From Gemmata obscuriglobus (lineage in GTDB: Bacteria; Planctomycetota; Planctomycetia; Gemmatales; Gemmataceae), in contig NZ_CP042911.1 in NCBI RefSeq assembly GCF_008065095.1, positions 600,001 through 632,000 on the forward strand: a stretch of DNA of 32,000 nt. Direction: 5' to 3'. The translations under genes and the position numbers were made by a program. The notes beneath the pieces were generated by a model. That model was not told the DNA's origin and searched no databases. It was given only the letters and a program-made list of their open reading frames with translations. Below, in pieces: positions 31,551 to 32,000 of this stretch; the first letter of the stretch is position 1; each line of letters starts with the position of its first letter.

Positions 31551-32000
31551 GTGAGTTCGTCGCATACCGTGGTGGTGATCGGCGCCGGGTTCAGCGGCGT
31601 GATGGTCGCGGCGCACCTGCTGCGAACCGCGCGGCTGCGGGTGGTGATGGTGAACCGGTCGGGGGCGATGGCCCGCGGCGTCGCCTACGGCACCAACTCC
31701 CCGTCCCACCTGCTGAACGTTCCGGCCGGGCGCATGTCGGCGCTGCCCAACGATCCCGAACACTTCCTCCGCTTCGTGCGGCAGTCGGACCCCGGCGCAA
31801 GCCCCGGGGCGTTCGTGCGCCGGTCGGTTTACGGCGAGTACCTCCAGCACATCCTGGCCGAGGCCGAGCACGCCGCCGGAGCCGGGGCGCTCGGCCGGGT
31901 CGTGGGCGAAGCGGTTTCGGTTGTACCCGGATTCGACGGCGTGCGGGTCACGACCGCCGCCGGTGAGGAACTTCGGGCGGACCGCGTGGTCCTCGCGATC
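31551..32000 (+). CDS. FAD/NAD(P)-binding oxidoreductase-like protein (N-terminal part; runs off the right edge)
   Basis: Not in the track because there is no stop. GTG 31551 with GGAGG (31541-31545) 5 nt upstream. 'HTVVVIGAGFSGVMVAAHLL' is a GxGxxG dinucleotide fold. Open, GC3-rich frame to position 32000 (150 codons). Confidence 0.75.
   Translation, partial: MSSSHTVVVIGAGFSGVMVAAHLLRTARLRVVMVNRSGAMARGVAYGTNSPSHLLNVPAGRMSALPNDPEHFLRFVRQSDPGASPGAFVRRSVYGEYLQHILAEAEHAAGAGALGRVVGEAVSVVPGFDGVRVTTAAGEELRADRVVLAI

Noticed and set aside
29999-31871. Upstream 624 codons of the 880-aa minus ORF containing the CoA-transferase subunit (possible fused alpha subunit?)
   Set aside because: The translation (…RTHEVPSRTGRELLRAGGGVVRIIPACNS…) has no CoA-transferase alpha features. 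It is antisense to the desaturase, whose three His boxes are unambiguous.
1-32000. tRNA, rRNA, RNase P, SRP RNA, integrase/transposase, phage or defence-system genes
   Set aside because: I scanned the gene-free stretches by eye for T-arm (GGTTCGA), RNase P (GAGGAAAGTCC) and SRP (GGAAGCAGCC) signatures and found none. No ORF shows recombinase, nuclease/helicase or RT motifs. Eye-scanning is not exhaustive, so tRNAscan/Infernal should confirm.

Overview
High-GC chromosomal window. By my own counts, a typical coding line has 44/60 G+C (5161-5220) and the AT-rich core has 17/60 (15301-15360). The gene content looks like a Gemmata-type planctomycete: two TIGR02996-type 'repeat-companion' proteins, a DUF1559 pseudopilin-like protein, an ECF sigma-WD40 fusion and a TadG-like/vWA giant. 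I support 27 intact-looking CDSs, two of them partial at the window edges and absent from the ORF track, plus two decayed genes. I saw no rRNA, tRNA, CRISPR array, integrase or transposase. Most long Arg/Pro/Gly-rich ORFs in the track are antisense or off-frame shadows of real genes. Gene order: ECF sigma(-), flotillin(-), NfeD(-), Clp-N protein(+), TadG/vWA(+), ABC ATPase+permease(+), class IV aminotransferase(-), LolD(-), LolC/E(-). Next comes a lower-GC, gene-poor, partly decayed segment (about 13.85-18.83 kb) with small membrane proteins, a DMT transporter, a nitrilase-family relic, a membrane-anchored papain-like protein and a multi-frameshifted relic gene. After that: PLP aminotransferase(+), two small ORFs, transporter-like protein + Zn-ADH (overlapping stop/start), secreted transglutaminase-like protein + TIGR02996/LRR protein, small ORF(-), DUF1559, hypothetical + second TIGR02996 protein, CoA-transferase beta(-), fatty-acid desaturase(+), FAD-binding protein(+). 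I found no convincing, clearly delimited novel multi-gene system. The most unusual signals are structural. (i) A 126-nt, in-frame, twice-repeated palindromic element sits inside the Rossmann region of the Zn-ADH. (ii) TGCGGAA-type heptamer arrays form long hairpins on both sides of lolD, one of them inside the lolE-lolD junction. (iii) A gene at 18.17-18.71 kb can only be read through four successive +1 frame changes. (iv) Very large perfect or near-perfect hairpins bracket the TadG/vWA gene. (v) The arrangement 'gene X followed within 2-12 nt by a TIGR02996 protein' occurs twice. All functional calls come from motif recognition by eye; no searches were run.
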